Below, one piece after another: positions 19,215 through 29,056 of a stretch of DNA of 64,000 nucleotides. The first letter of the stretch is position 1, and every line of letters begins with the position of its first letter. Source of the DNA: an uncultured Gemmatimonadaceae bacterium (lineage in GTDB: Bacteria; Gemmatimonadota; Gemmatimonadetes; Gemmatimonadales; Gemmatimonadaceae); contig CAVUDW010000002.1 of NCBI GenBank assembly GCA_963740355.1, forward strand, positions 1,920,001 through 1,984,000, given 5' to 3'. Below the pieces are notes generated by a model. The model was given only the letters and a program-made list of their open reading frames with translations. It made no database searches and was not told where the DNA came from. The translations under genes and the position numbers were made by a program.

Positions 19215-21749
19215 ATGCGCTACCACGACTTCGATCTGTCCATTGCGCTCGCGGCCGACGGTTCGGTGGCGCTGCGATCATGGTGCGACGCACATGGTGA
19301 GTACAAGGATGTCGCCGTCCTCGACCGCGGCACACTCGAAAGCGACTCGAAGGTTCTGTCGGCGGATGGCGTCGCGCGCGATACCCTGCGACAGATCGGT
19401 GGTCGGCTCTACGCGTACACGTTTGCGTCCACCGGCCGCAATATCGAGTGGCACTTCGGCCAGTGTTGGGGTGCGGCGCGAAGCACCAGTGATGGTGTAC
19501 GGCTCCGGCTGCGTGTGGAAGAACCGACGCTGGCCGTGATTCCGTGGGAGTACCTCTACTCGGAGCGCCTTCACTCCTTCCTCGGCGTCTCCGAACGCAC
19601 GCCGATCGTGCGATACCTCGAACTGCCGCAAGCAATTCCGACGCTCGAGGCGACGCTGCCCGTTCGAGTGTTGTTGGTGATGCCCGATGAACCAGAGCTG
19701 GATACGGCAAAGGAAAAGGCGGCGATCCTCGCTGCCGTCGCGCCGTTGAAGGAGTCGGTGCAAGTCACGCTCCTGGAAGGGAAGGTGACACGGCGGCAGA
19801 TCGCAGACACGCTCGCGATGGCCGAATACCATGTGATGCACTTCATCGGGCACGGCGACTTCGCCAGTGATCGTGCCGTGCTGCTGATGTACGCCGATGA
19901 CGGGAGCGAGGCGGAGGTCGACGATGAGCGCGTGGCTGGACTGTTCCGAAATCATCCGTCGATGAAGCTGGTGATCCTCAACTCCTGCCGTGGCGGTGAG
20001 TTGTCGGCATCGAAGCCGTTCGTTGGCATGGCCGCGGCGCTGGTTCGTGCCGGTATCCCAGCGGTGATCGCGATGCAGTACGAGATCGCGGATGACGAAG
20101 CAGTCCTGTTCGCGAGCACGCTCTTCCGCCATCTCTTCCTTGGTCGAGACAAGGGCCGCATCGAGATCGCGGTCTCAAATGCGCGCAACGCGCTGGCCGA
20201 GGAGTTTCCCGATACTCGTGCGGTTGGATTGCCGGTGCTGTTCACGCATGCTCGCGAAGGCGTGCTGTTCAATCTCGAGAGCGGCAGTCCATTGCTCGAC
20301 CTGTCGGCGCAGTCGGCGGATCGCATGAAGGCCGTGATCCGCGCGCACGAACAGAACCTCGACGCGATCCGGAAGGCAGCGCCGGATGATGAGGATGCAG
20401 GCACGCCGGCGCCGGCAGGTGCTTCGCGCCCAGAGCTGTCGAGTGATCCGAACAGCCCCACGCGTTCCGCTCGCACGATGCGTTCGCGACGAGGCGGGCC
20501 TCGGTCGGAGGTCGAACGTCTCGAGATTCTCGCGCTGCAGCGTGCGCGGCAGCGACTGCGGTTCCGCAACTGGACGATCGTGATCGCGGTGGCCATCGCA
20601 CTGGTCGTCGGCCTCGCGGGCGCGTATGCCGGCGTTCAACAGCGATTCCCGTACGTGCGGGCGGAGAGCTATGTGATCGCATGGAGTGACCTCTTCCATC
20701 ATCACGATGCCGAAGCGGGGGTCGTGCTGGTCGCGATCGACAGTGCGACAGTGGCTGCGATTGGCAGCGTGCCCGATGCCTCGTGGCGCGGACATCATGC
20801 CCGAGTGCTGCAGCGGATCCTCGACGCGGGCGCGCCGGTGGTCGCATTCAACCTTGGGTTCGACAGCGTACCGGCCACGCTGCGCGATGTCACGGATTCG
20901 TTGGCGAGGCAATTCGCACGCGCCAAGGCCATGGGGCGTGCGGTGTTGGCGGCCCCGCGATCGTTCCGCGATGGCGCGCCGATGGCGGAACCGGCACTGC
21001 TCCCGGTCGCTCAGTTCGGCACGAATTGCGTCGCGCTGGCGTCGGGAACGGCGCCGGTGATGACGCTGGCGGCTGGTGGAAAGAACGGCCGCGTGCTGTC
21101 GTTGCCACTCTCAGCCGTGAGCGTCTTCCGCGCGGTGGAACGCGTGAAGGGCGGGGGCGATCTGCAGCGCTTGCTGACGGCGGTAACGATGGAGACGCAG
21201 TATGCTGGCAGCGTGGACGACGAGTGCGGTTTTGCCCCGGGCGATACCCTGTGGCGCATGGCGATCGATTATGCCCCGCAACATGAACTGGCCGACTCTC
21301 TCCATCGGCTGTCGTACCTCCGCGTGCTGCGCGACTCTGCACTCCCTGACCTTAGCCATGCACTGGTCCTGATCGGCTACGAGAATCCGGAGCGCACCTT
21401 CCATGTCTTGCGCGGATGGTCGCGCGAGCAGCGCTTCGGTGTGCAGGTCGAGGTCGATGCGATGAACACCGTACTGCGTGAAGTGCGGATCGCACCGCTG
21501 CGAAAGCGGTTTCAGCTGATCGTGATCCTGTTGATGGCCGCGCTGGGCGCATTTTCGGCATGGCTGGTGGTCCCTGCGGGTGAGCGCGTCTCGGCTGCGG
21601 CGGTGGTGGGCAGTGTGGTGCTGTACTTCGTGGCTGGCGCGGTGCTCTACGCTCGGAGCCACTGGTTGTTGAACACCGTTTTCGATCTCTCGGCTTTGAT
21701 CATCTCCTTCATCGCGGTGCGGTACACCCGCAGGACATGGTTCCCATGA
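19215..21749 (+). CDS. CHAT (caspase-like) protease - TM - CHASE2 sensor - 3 TM protein
   Basis: LAVIPWEYL, HFIGHG and ILNSC catalytic motifs, GIPAVIAMQYEI; CHASE2-like VVLVAIDSAT..W.R..HARVLQRI..VVAFN and LVLIG..FGVQV; three C-terminal TM helices. Confidence 0.85.
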   Translation: MRYHDFDLSIALAADGSVALRSWCDAHGEYKDVAVLDRGTLESDSKVLSADGVARDTLRQIGGRLYAYTFASTGRNIEWHFGQCWGAARSTSDGVRLRLRVEEPTLAVIPWEYLYSERLHSFLGVSERTPIVRYLELPQAIPTLEATLPVRVLLVMPDEPELDTAKEKAAILAAVAPLKESVQVTLLEGKVTRRQIADTLAMAEYHVMHFIGHGDFASDRAVLLMYADDGSEAEVDDERVAGLFRNHPSMKLVILNSCRGGELSASKPFVGMAAALVRAGIPAVIAMQYEIADDEAVLFASTLFRHLFLGRDKGRIEIAVSNARNALAEEFPDTRAVGLPVLFTHAREGVLFNLESGSPLLDLSAQSADRMKAVIRAHEQNLDAIRKAAPDDEDAGTPAPAGASRPELSSDPNSPTRSARTMRSRRGGPRSEVERLEILALQRARQRLRFRNWTIVIAVAIALVVGLAGAYAGVQQRFPYVRAESYVIAWSDLFHHHDAEAGVVLVAIDSATVAAIGSVPDASWRGHHARVLQRILDAGAPVVAFNLGFDSVPATLRDVTDSLARQFARAKAMGRAVLAAPRSFRDGAPMAEPALLPVAQFGTNCVALASGTAPVMTLAAGGKNGRVLSLPLSAVSVFRAVERVKGGGDLQRLLTAVTMETQYAGSVDDECGFAPGDTLWRMAIDYAPQHELADSLHRLSYLRVLRDSALPDLSHALVLIGYENPERTFHVLRGWSREQRFGVQVEVDAMNTVLREVRIAPLRKRFQLIVILLMAALGAFSAWLVVPAGERVSAAAVVGSVVLYFVAGAVLYARSHWLLNTVFDLSALIISFIAVRYTRRTWFP

Positions 21750-22813
21750 ATGGTCGCGAAGGTACGACGGCTCTCGGTCGGCGGCTGGTGCTGCTGGTGC
21801 TGTTCGTCGGCGCGGTGGTGGCCGGTTGTACACCGGTGCCGTCGGCGTTCGCGCGGCTCGACAGCGCCGTGACTCGGGACAAGTTCACCAACAACCCGTC
21901 GAAGTCGGATGTGCGCGTGGTGCGCGACGATGTGGTGTTGTCGCCGACTGTGGCGATGGCGCTGAAGAAGGGTGATTCGATCAGTACCTCATCGTCGGCG
22001 CAGATCGTGATGACCTTCGCCGCCGGCTACGAGGTCACGCTCGATACCGGCACTGCCATCTACATCGAGAATCCCTCGATCTTCCTCAAGTGGGGCAGGG
22101 CCTTCATCCGCCGACTCACAGGTACGCCGGATACCCTCGACACCCATACGCGGCACGCGACGCTGCACGATGTCGGCACATCGTACGTCGTCTCGGTGAC
22201 CCCGGAGGTGACGACCGTACGCGTCGAGACGGGTGTCGTGGCGGCGCGAATGCGCGGCGATTCGAGTCAGTGGACCAGGTATGGTGCGCTGGAAGGTGGC
22301 CAGATCACCATTGGACAACGACCGACGCGGACGACCCGGATTTCTGCCGATCAGATGGAGCAGGAACTCCGCTGGGTCCGCCGGATCGACCAGATCTCGA
22401 ATATCGTGGTCCCGCAGCTGGATTCGATGACCGAACGTGACGCGCGCAGCGCGCTCGATCGGGTTGGGCTGCGCGTGCTCTTCGTCACGCATCGATCCAC
22501 GGGACGGTACGCCCCCGGTCGTGTCATCGAGACCACGCCTGGCGCAGGGCAGAAGACGAAGCCTGGTACCTACGTGAATCTGGTGCTCGAGAAAGAGGCC
22601 GCGCGCGACACACCGGCGCGGCAGTGCAGGGTGCCGACGATCACCGACATGCCGGAGAAGACCGCTCTCGCGCTTCTGGCGCGCGCGAACCTGCGAGGCG
22701 AAGCGATCAGTCGCGTGGGTGAGCGCGACATCGTTACCACGCAGCAGGAGAAGTCGGGGACGATGATCGCGTGCGGATCAGTCGTTCACTACACTTGGGG
22801 GCAGTTGCGCTAG
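21746..22813 (+). CDS. Lipoprotein with a FecR-like domain and two PASTA domains
   Basis: Lipobox VAGC; FecR-like LKKGDSIST..DVGTSYVV..VRVETGVV; PASTA-like VVPQLDSMTERDARSALDRVGL and VPTITDMPEKTALALL. ATGA overlap with the upstream gene. Confidence 0.8.
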   Translation: MNGREGTTALGRRLVLLVLFVGAVVAGCTPVPSAFARLDSAVTRDKFTNNPSKSDVRVVRDDVVLSPTVAMALKKGDSISTSSSAQIVMTFAAGYEVTLDTGTAIYIENPSIFLKWGRAFIRRLTGTPDTLDTHTRHATLHDVGTSYVVSVTPEVTTVRVETGVVAARMRGDSSQWTRYGALEGGQITIGQRPTRTTRISADQMEQELRWVRRIDQISNIVVPQLDSMTERDARSALDRVGLRVLFVTHRSTGRYAPGRVIETTPGAGQKTKPGTYVNLVLEKEAARDTPARQCRVPTITDMPEKTALALLARANLRGEAISRVGERDIVTTQQEKSGTMIACGSVVHYTWGQLR

Positions 22814-22883
22814 ACGCGAGCGCACACAACCGCCAAGAGCGACGGCTCAGGTGCGCCGGAGCGCGACCGCAAGGTTGGTCGCG

Positions 22884-23318
22884 CTACGGGAAGACGAAGT
22901 CGACGCGAACGCTGTCGCGCAGTTCGTTCGGCTTGATGGCGACCGTCGTGGATGGCGCCACGATGCTGTCGGCGTTCGACGACGCGGACTTTCGCGCCAC
23001 CAGGCGCAGGCAGACAGTGTCGATCACCGTGGCATCGACGCTGAGGCGGTAGAAGCCGTTGGTATCGACCGTTCCGGAGCGGGCGGCGATGGCAGCAGGT
23101 CCGCGGTTCGTGCCACAGCGTCCAATGGTGCCGGTGGCCGAGAATGTGGCGGTGGTGACTGCACCACCCGTCGATGTCCGGACGTTGCCGTAGAGCGAAA
23201 AACCTGGCGGCGGCACGGGGATGTTGCCGCCAGTGCCGGTTGGCGACGAACAGGCGGCCAGGGCAGCGGCACTCAGTGCAAGGCCAGCCACTGCGGCGAG
23301 TCGGAACGTAAGGGTCAT
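22884..23318 (-). CDS. Hypothetical lipoprotein
   Basis: Signal peptide with lipobox LAAC followed by a beta-rich domain. Confidence 0.7.
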   Translation of the reverse strand: MTLTFRLAAVAGLALSAAALAACSSPTGTGGNIPVPPPGFSLYGNVRTSTGGAVTTATFSATGTIGRCGTNRGPAAIAARSGTVDTNGFYRLSVDATVIDTVCLRLVARKSASSNADSIVAPSTTVAIKPNELRDSVRVDFVFP

Positions 23319-23432
23319 GCAGCGAAAGTTGAGGCGGGTGTCGGCGTTGCCGAATGCAGTACTCACGGCGCTCGAAAAAGGTCACCCAGCGGCAGCAGTG
23401 ACTCGCAGTTCACCGTGCGAATGGGAATGCTG

Positions 23433-23690
23433 TCACGGCTGCTTTGGCGGAACCTGATTCAGGAGTGCCTCGAGCTGGCCGGACGCGATCGATGCCACCC
23501 GCGCCGCTGGGATGCCGCGCTCGACGAGGTTGCGCAGGACTTCGGCCAGGCAGAGCAGGCTTGCGCCAAGGGCTGCGCTGAACTGTTCCTCCTGCTTCAA
23601 CTCCAGCAATTCCTCGCGGGCGCGGGTGACGAGAAGGTTTGAGAGCTCGGTACCGACGCGGTCGGCAAAATCCATCGGGTCAGTCGGCAT
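23433..23690 (-). CDS. Small hypothetical helical protein
   Basis: 85-aa ORF with protein-like composition filling the intergenic gap. Confidence 0.6.
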   Translation of the reverse strand: MPTDPMDFADRVGTELSNLLVTRAREELLELKQEEQFSAALGASLLCLAEVLRNLVERGIPAARVASIASGQLEALLNQVPPKQP

Positions 23691-23871
23691 CGGTGGCAGT
23701 GTGAGGAATGGCTTAAGTGAGCTATTGGCCAGTAGCGGAGGCGAAATTTTGGCAGGAAGTTACTGGGATGTCCACACTGCACCACCGCGCGCGTGCGCGA
23801 CTACCCTGCATCGAACTCCGCGGCGCGCTGGCAGGCGCCGTGATGCGCTGCCCCGAGGGACGCGCCGATAC

Positions 23872-24822
23872 ATGACGTCGCGCCGCCGGAAAATCCTGAT
23901 CGGTGTGCCAGTGGTCCTCGTTGCGGCGGCGTTCGCGCTCTGGACGCCTGATGCCGAACGTGAAGTGCTCGAGGCGAAATATCTCGCACATCGCGAAGAC
24001 CTTCGGTCGATCGCGGGTACCACCCTGCACGTGCGGGATACGGGCCCACGCAACGCGCCGGCGCTGATCTTCCTGCACGGCTTCGGTGCAAGCCTGCACA
24101 CGTGGGAACCGTGGGCACGCGCCCTCGACAGCACGTATCGCGTCATTCGGTTCGACTTGCCCGGTAGTGGCCTCAGCGCCCCGGATGCGACCAACGACTA
24201 CACCGACACACGCAGCATGCAGCTCCTGCTGGCGTTGATGGACTCGCTGCATGTGTCGCGCGCGTCGCTGATCGGGAACTCGATGGGCGGACGCATCGCA
24301 TGGCGCTTTGCTGCGGCGCATCCCGAGCGTGTCGAGCGGTTGGTGCTTTCGGCTCCCGACGGCTTTGCGAGCCCGGGATTCGAGTACGGCAAGCCGGCGG
24401 AAATCCCGGCCACGCTGCCGCTGATGCGATTCGTGCTTCCCAAGTCGTTGTTGCGGCTCAGCCTCGAACCTGCATATGCCGATTCGCGCTCGATGACCGA
24501 TAGCCTCGCAACGCGATACTACGACTTGATGCTCGCCCCCGGAGCGCGGTCCGCGATGCTTGCGCGCATGGAGCAGACCGTCCTCACCGATCCTGTGCCG
24601 GTCTTGCGCCGGATCCTTGCCCCGACGCTGCTGCTCTGGGGCGAGAAGGATGCGATGATCCCGGTCGCGAATGCACAGGATTACCTGAAGGCCATACCGA
24701 ACGTGCGCCTCGTGACCCTGCCAAACGCCGGACACCTTCCATTCGAGGAAATCCCGGCGGCAGCGCTGAAGCCGGTGCGCGCATTTCTTGAGCCTACTTG
24801 CCGTCCATCTTCCAGAACGTGA
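23872..24822 (+). CDS. Alpha/beta fold hydrolase
   Basis: FLHGFG, DLPGSG, GNSMGG nucleophile elbow, WGEKD, GHLP. Confidence 0.9.
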   Translation: MTSRRRKILIGVPVVLVAAAFALWTPDAEREVLEAKYLAHREDLRSIAGTTLHVRDTGPRNAPALIFLHGFGASLHTWEPWARALDSTYRVIRFDLPGSGLSAPDATNDYTDTRSMQLLLALMDSLHVSRASLIGNSMGGRIAWRFAAAHPERVERLVLSAPDGFASPGFEYGKPAEIPATLPLMRFVLPKSLLRLSLEPAYADSRSMTDSLATRYYDLMLAPGARSAMLARMEQTVLTDPVPVLRRILAPTLLLWGEKDAMIPVANAQDYLKAIPNVRLVTLPNAGHLPFEEIPAAALKPVRAFLEPTCRPSSRT

Positions 24823-26089
24823 TACCACTGGCCTGCTGCGAGACATCGACCGTCGCGACCCGGGTCTTCGAGCGCAGGTCGTAGATGTCGACCTTGCCCG
24901 GCTGCGCACCCACACCTTCGCTGCTCACGAAGGCGTAGCGCGAGTCGGGGCTGACCGCGACACCATGCGCAACCGTCGTCGACGTCTTCAGCTGTGCGAT
25001 GCTCAATCCGGTCGAGAGGTCGAAGATTTCGACGCCGGCGCTCTGCTTCAGTGTCGCGACCAGATAGTGCCCATCGGCCGTCACGGCGAGGTTGTATGGC
25101 CCGCGGCCTGTCTTCAATCGACGCGTGATGCTCCATGCGTCGCGATCGACCTCGAGGATTTCATCGGCCTTGTTGCAGGCCACGTACACCTTCTTGCCGT
25201 CGGCTGACGGCTGCGCCCAGGTCGGCGAGCAGGTCGAACTCATCGACATCCCGTGGCCCTGCGTCATGTCCATCTGCTGTACAGGCGCGCCCGCTGCCGG
25301 TGCAGGCGTGGATCCCATCGCAGCCATGTTGTGGCCTTCGTGGCCCGCCATCGCCGTCGTCGTGCTGATCGGCCCTTCCTTGCCTTTCGCCAGCGAGAAG
25401 CGCCGGGCGACCGCGAAGCTGCGGGTGTCGATCTCGACCAACTGATCATCCATCATGCAGCCTGAGTATTGCATCGCACCACTTGGTTCGATGCGGCTGC
25501 CATGCGGCATGGTGCAGGTGGTTATCTGCGCCACCTCGGTCATCGTCGGCGTGTACACGACGCTGATGCTGCTCGGCACCATCTCGCCGTGCAGGTTGAA
25601 GTTGGCCGAGAAGGTGTAGAGACCGTCGGGCGTGATATCGAGCGACGCCGGGAACTTGCCGAGCGATATACCAGGGCCGACGAGCGTGTCGGGGCCGAGA
25701 TCGTACTTCCACAACTTGCCGTCCGGCGTGCCGTGCCCGGTGGTCATGAAGAGGTACTTGCCGTCGGGCGAGATCTGGAGGCCATGTGGCCCCTCCATCT
25801 CGGCGGCCATTTCACCGATCAGCGTCGTCTTCTCGATCAACGCACCAGCGGGCCCGAACCGTACCCGGTGGATACGATCAGCCGATTCCGCGCCAACGTA
25901 GACCCAGTAGGTGGCCGTAGGAGCAGTGGTCGATGGCGCTGGGGTCGGCGCCGCTGGTGTCGCTGGGCGGCGCGCGGTACGCTGGGCGCCGGACGGGTTG
26001 GCACAGGCGGCCAGCAGCGCGGCGCCAAGTAGAAGTTGCACGCCGGACCGGTTCGTCTTGCGGGCAGGATGGACGTGGGCCATGATCAT
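24794..26089 (-). CDS. YncE/YVTN-type beta-propeller lipoprotein with a His/Met-rich insert
   Basis: Lipobox LAAC; repeated PHGLQISPDG / PYNLAVTADG / AHGVAVSPDS blades. Start is 26089 or 26083. Confidence 0.8.
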   Translation of the reverse strand: MIMAHVHPARKTNRSGVQLLLGAALLAACANPSGAQRTARRPATPAAPTPAPSTTAPTATYWVYVGAESADRIHRVRFGPAGALIEKTTLIGEMAAEMEGPHGLQISPDGKYLFMTTGHGTPDGKLWKYDLGPDTLVGPGISLGKFPASLDITPDGLYTFSANFNLHGEMVPSSISVVYTPTMTEVAQITTCTMPHGSRIEPSGAMQYSGCMMDDQLVEIDTRSFAVARRFSLAKGKEGPISTTTAMAGHEGHNMAAMGSTPAPAAGAPVQQMDMTQGHGMSMSSTCSPTWAQPSADGKKVYVACNKADEILEVDRDAWSITRRLKTGRGPYNLAVTADGHYLVATLKQSAGVEIFDLSTGLSIAQLKTSTTVAHGVAVSPDSRYAFVSSEGVGAQPGKVDIYDLRSKTRVATVDVSQQASGITFWKMDGK

Positions 26090-26180
26090 CGCTCGATGCG
26101 CCGTCGGTTCCGGCGCCCTGTAGGTCTGCTGTTGCACACGCGATTTCCGCAGTGCTCCACCCGTTCCGGGAGTTTGCATC

Positions 26181-28229
26181 ATGAACGTAGTGCGCTGCAT
26201 CCGCCGCGTCACCGCAGGCGGCGCCGCAGTTCTCACCGCGACGCTCGCGGTGTCGTCCAGTCTTTACGCACAATACACCGCTGGCGTGGTACGGCTCACC
26301 GCCGAGCCCGCGCGGGTCACCATGAAGGCCGGCGAAAGCGTCGCCCTCAAGCTCACCGCCTACGACTCGGCCGGGAAAGTGGTCGCGGACGCGCCGATGC
26401 GTGTCGGCGGCCCTGTCGGCGCCGTGCGGTATGCCGATGGTCGCCTGACCGCCCTCAAGGCCGGCTCGTTCAACGTCGTCGCCACCTCGTTCAGCGGGCG
26501 TGGCATTGCCGCAGTCTCGCTCGAGATTCCGGTGACGGTGTCCTGGCCGACGTTGACGAAACTCGACGTCGTGGCTGAGGCGCGCCGGCTCTACGTCGGT
26601 ACCATGCTCGCGCACAGTGTGAAGGGCACACACGCCGATGGCTCCCCGCGCCCGGGACTGGTCGCGACCTGGCGCAGCTCGGACGCGACGGTCGCGACAG
26701 TCGATCGTTTCGGCAACGTGACGGCGCTGAAGGCCGGTCCGGTCACGATCTCGGCCGAGTCGGAAGGGGTGTCGTCGCAGGTGCGCTATACCGTGGCGGC
26801 GAGCCCGGTGGCACGCATCGAAGCCACGATCAAGGAAACGTCAGTCAACACCGGCGACGTGGTGCACCTGATGGCGGTTGCGAAGCGCGCCAACGGTGAC
26901 GTGGTGCCGGATGCCAAGATCGAGTGGAGCTACATCTACACCCCGGATGATTCGATCGCGGCCCCGGGTGGCCCTGGCATCATCGATCGGGCACCGGACG
27001 GCACGCCGCTGTTCGCGGCCAATGCGCCGGGTCGCTTCACGCTGGTGGCGCAGTCGGGCACCGCGGTGTCGCGGACGGTCCTGGATGTGAAGCCGCGCGA
27101 TGTGCATCGCCGCATCACGATCACGGGCCGTGGCATCGTGAATACCACCGCCACGTCGGATCTCTGGCCGTGGACGGGCAAGGATGGCCGCGACTACTGC
27201 CTCGTCGGCACGTGGGGTGGCGATGGGTATGCGCTGGTGTTCGACATCACCGACATGAACAACATCGTGCGCACCGACAGCATCAAGGTCGACGCCCGCA
27301 CGATCAACGACGTGACCGTCTCCCCTGACGGGCGGTACGGTGTGATCACGCGTGAAGGAGCATCGAATCGCGTCAACGGTGTGGTGATCCTCGACCTCGC
27401 CAACCCGGCGCACCCGAAGATCGCCTCGGTGTTCAACGAGCAGTTGACCGGTGGTGTGCACAATGCGTTTGCCACCAACGACTACCTGTTCGCGATTTCC
27501 GGCGGCGAGAAGTACGTCATCATCGACGTGAAGGACATCACCAAGCCGCGCTACGTGAGCGAGTACAAGCACCCGGGCGCACGGATCCACGATCTCTGGG
27601 TTCGCGACGGTATCGCGTATTCGGCGCAGGGTGGCGCGGGGACCGTGCTGGTGGACGTGGGCAATGGCAAGTACGGTGGGTCGATCGAACATCCGAAGCT
27701 GATCAGCGTCTTCCCGATCAACTCCGGCCACGAGATCTATCCGTACGTGCAGGCGAGCACCGGCAAGACCTATCTCTTCATCGGTGACGAAGAGATGAAC
27801 CGCGCCGGCCGCACCTGGGAGGGCACGAACTACGGCCCGACGCTTGGCCAGGCAGGTGGTGTGGCACAGACGTCGGGTGGCTACGTCCACATCGTCGACG
27901 CGACCGACCCGATGAACATGAAGAAGGTCGGTCGGTACCACCTCGAGGACTACGGTTCGCACGACATCATCGTCGAGAACGACGTGCTGTACCAGGCGTA
28001 CTACGACGGCGGTGTGCGGGTGGTGGACGTCTCCGGCGAATTGCTGGGCAACCTCGCCGAGCAGCATCGTGAGATCGCGGTGTTCAAGCCGTACGATCCG
28101 AAGGCACTGACGGCCAACGCACCGTTCGTGATGAACGCGATGCCGTGGAAGGGCAGGGTGTTGTTCACCGACTTCAACTCCGGCCTCTGGGCCGCGAAGC
28201 TGGAGCCACGCCCGCCCGTCGTGCCGTGA
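26181..28229 (+). CDS. Secreted Ig-like (Big_2) plus LVIVD-repeat protein
   Basis: TWRSSDATVATVD..G.VTALKAG Ig-like repeat; LVFDI, VVILDL, VIIDV and VRVVDV repeats. Confidence 0.8.
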   Translation: MNVVRCIRRVTAGGAAVLTATLAVSSSLYAQYTAGVVRLTAEPARVTMKAGESVALKLTAYDSAGKVVADAPMRVGGPVGAVRYADGRLTALKAGSFNVVATSFSGRGIAAVSLEIPVTVSWPTLTKLDVVAEARRLYVGTMLAHSVKGTHADGSPRPGLVATWRSSDATVATVDRFGNVTALKAGPVTISAESEGVSSQVRYTVAASPVARIEATIKETSVNTGDVVHLMAVAKRANGDVVPDAKIEWSYIYTPDDSIAAPGGPGIIDRAPDGTPLFAANAPGRFTLVAQSGTAVSRTVLDVKPRDVHRRITITGRGIVNTTATSDLWPWTGKDGRDYCLVGTWGGDGYALVFDITDMNNIVRTDSIKVDARTINDVTVSPDGRYGVITREGASNRVNGVVILDLANPAHPKIASVFNEQLTGGVHNAFATNDYLFAISGGEKYVIIDVKDITKPRYVSEYKHPGARIHDLWVRDGIAYSAQGGAGTVLVDVGNGKYGGSIEHPKLISVFPINSGHEIYPYVQASTGKTYLFIGDEEMNRAGRTWEGTNYGPTLGQAGGVAQTSGGYVHIVDATDPMNMKKVGRYHLEDYGSHDIIVENDVLYQAYYDGGVRVVDVSGELLGNLAEQHREIAVFKPYDPKALTANAPFVMNAMPWKGRVLFTDFNSGLWAAKLEPRPPVVP

Positions 28230-28253
28230 TGGCGCTGTAGGCGTGGGTTGAAG

Positions 28254-28303
28254 ACGAGGAAGGCCGCGTTGCAGAGACACTTCTGCGACGCGGCCTTCCT
28301 CGT
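28254..28303. terminator. Long inverted repeat between convergent genes (probable bidirectional terminator)
   Basis: ACGAGGAAGGCCGCGTTGCAGA / TCTGCGACGCGGCCTTCCTCGT, a stem of about 22 bp. Confidence 0.7.
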
Positions 28304-28348
28304 TCGTGCATTGGCGGGGGCGATCGTGCGTCCACCCGCCATCCGGCC

Positions 28349-28957
28349 CTAGAACACGACGCTCAACCCGCCTGTCTGTTCGATACCGACCGCCTCACCA
28401 CCGGCCCGGCGCTGATCGAAGCGGAAGCGGGCTTCGGCGCGCAGCGAGACACGATCGGAGAGGATGAAGCGCACACCAGCCGGGAAGGCCATCATGGTGC
28501 GCACATAGGACGGGCCATCCTCTTCATCGCGCATCGCCAGCCCGACTGCGGCACCGACGTAGGGACGAATCACGCTCGACGGCAGTTCGGCGCGGATGCC
28601 GATGGTGGCCGATCCGAGCTGCAGGCTGCGCGAGCTGGCCGGCGTGATGCCGCCCGCAGGGACGTCGATCGAACCGATGGCGTACGAGACCCCGACTTCC
28701 GAACGCAGCCAGCGGCGCACACGCCAGTCGGTGCGCAACGCTGCCATCGGCAGGCTCTTGTCATCGTCCTGGCTGCGCAGGGCGCCGACGGACATGGTGA
28801 TTTCGCGATCGGGGGTGCGTTCGCGGCGATCGAAGCTGATGCGCATGGTGCCGACGCGCCGGTCATCGCGTCGTCGGTCCTGCGCGTGGGCAGCGGTCGG
28901 GAGGGCGGCCAGCGCAGCGAGCGCGAGCAGGCAAAGGTTTTGACGTGGCAGAAACAT
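28349..28957 (-). CDS. Outer-membrane beta-barrel protein (OmpW/OmpA-barrel-like)
   Basis: Signal ending AHAQ, amphipathic strands, RPYVGAAVG, C-terminal Phe. Confidence 0.75.
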   Translation of the reverse strand: MFLPRQNLCLLALAALAALPTAAHAQDRRRDDRRVGTMRISFDRRERTPDREITMSVGALRSQDDDKSLPMAALRTDWRVRRWLRSEVGVSYAIGSIDVPAGGITPASSRSLQLGSATIGIRAELPSSVIRPYVGAAVGLAMRDEEDGPSYVRTMMAFPAGVRFILSDRVSLRAEARFRFDQRRAGGEAVGIEQTGGLSVVF

Positions 28958-29056
28958 CAGAGCTCCGGAGCAGTGTGAAGTCGTGCGACCGAGGGTTGGA
29001 CAGTGCCGCGGCCGAAGGGGTTTACCGGGTCCGCGAGGTATTTCTTCCCCGGCTCG

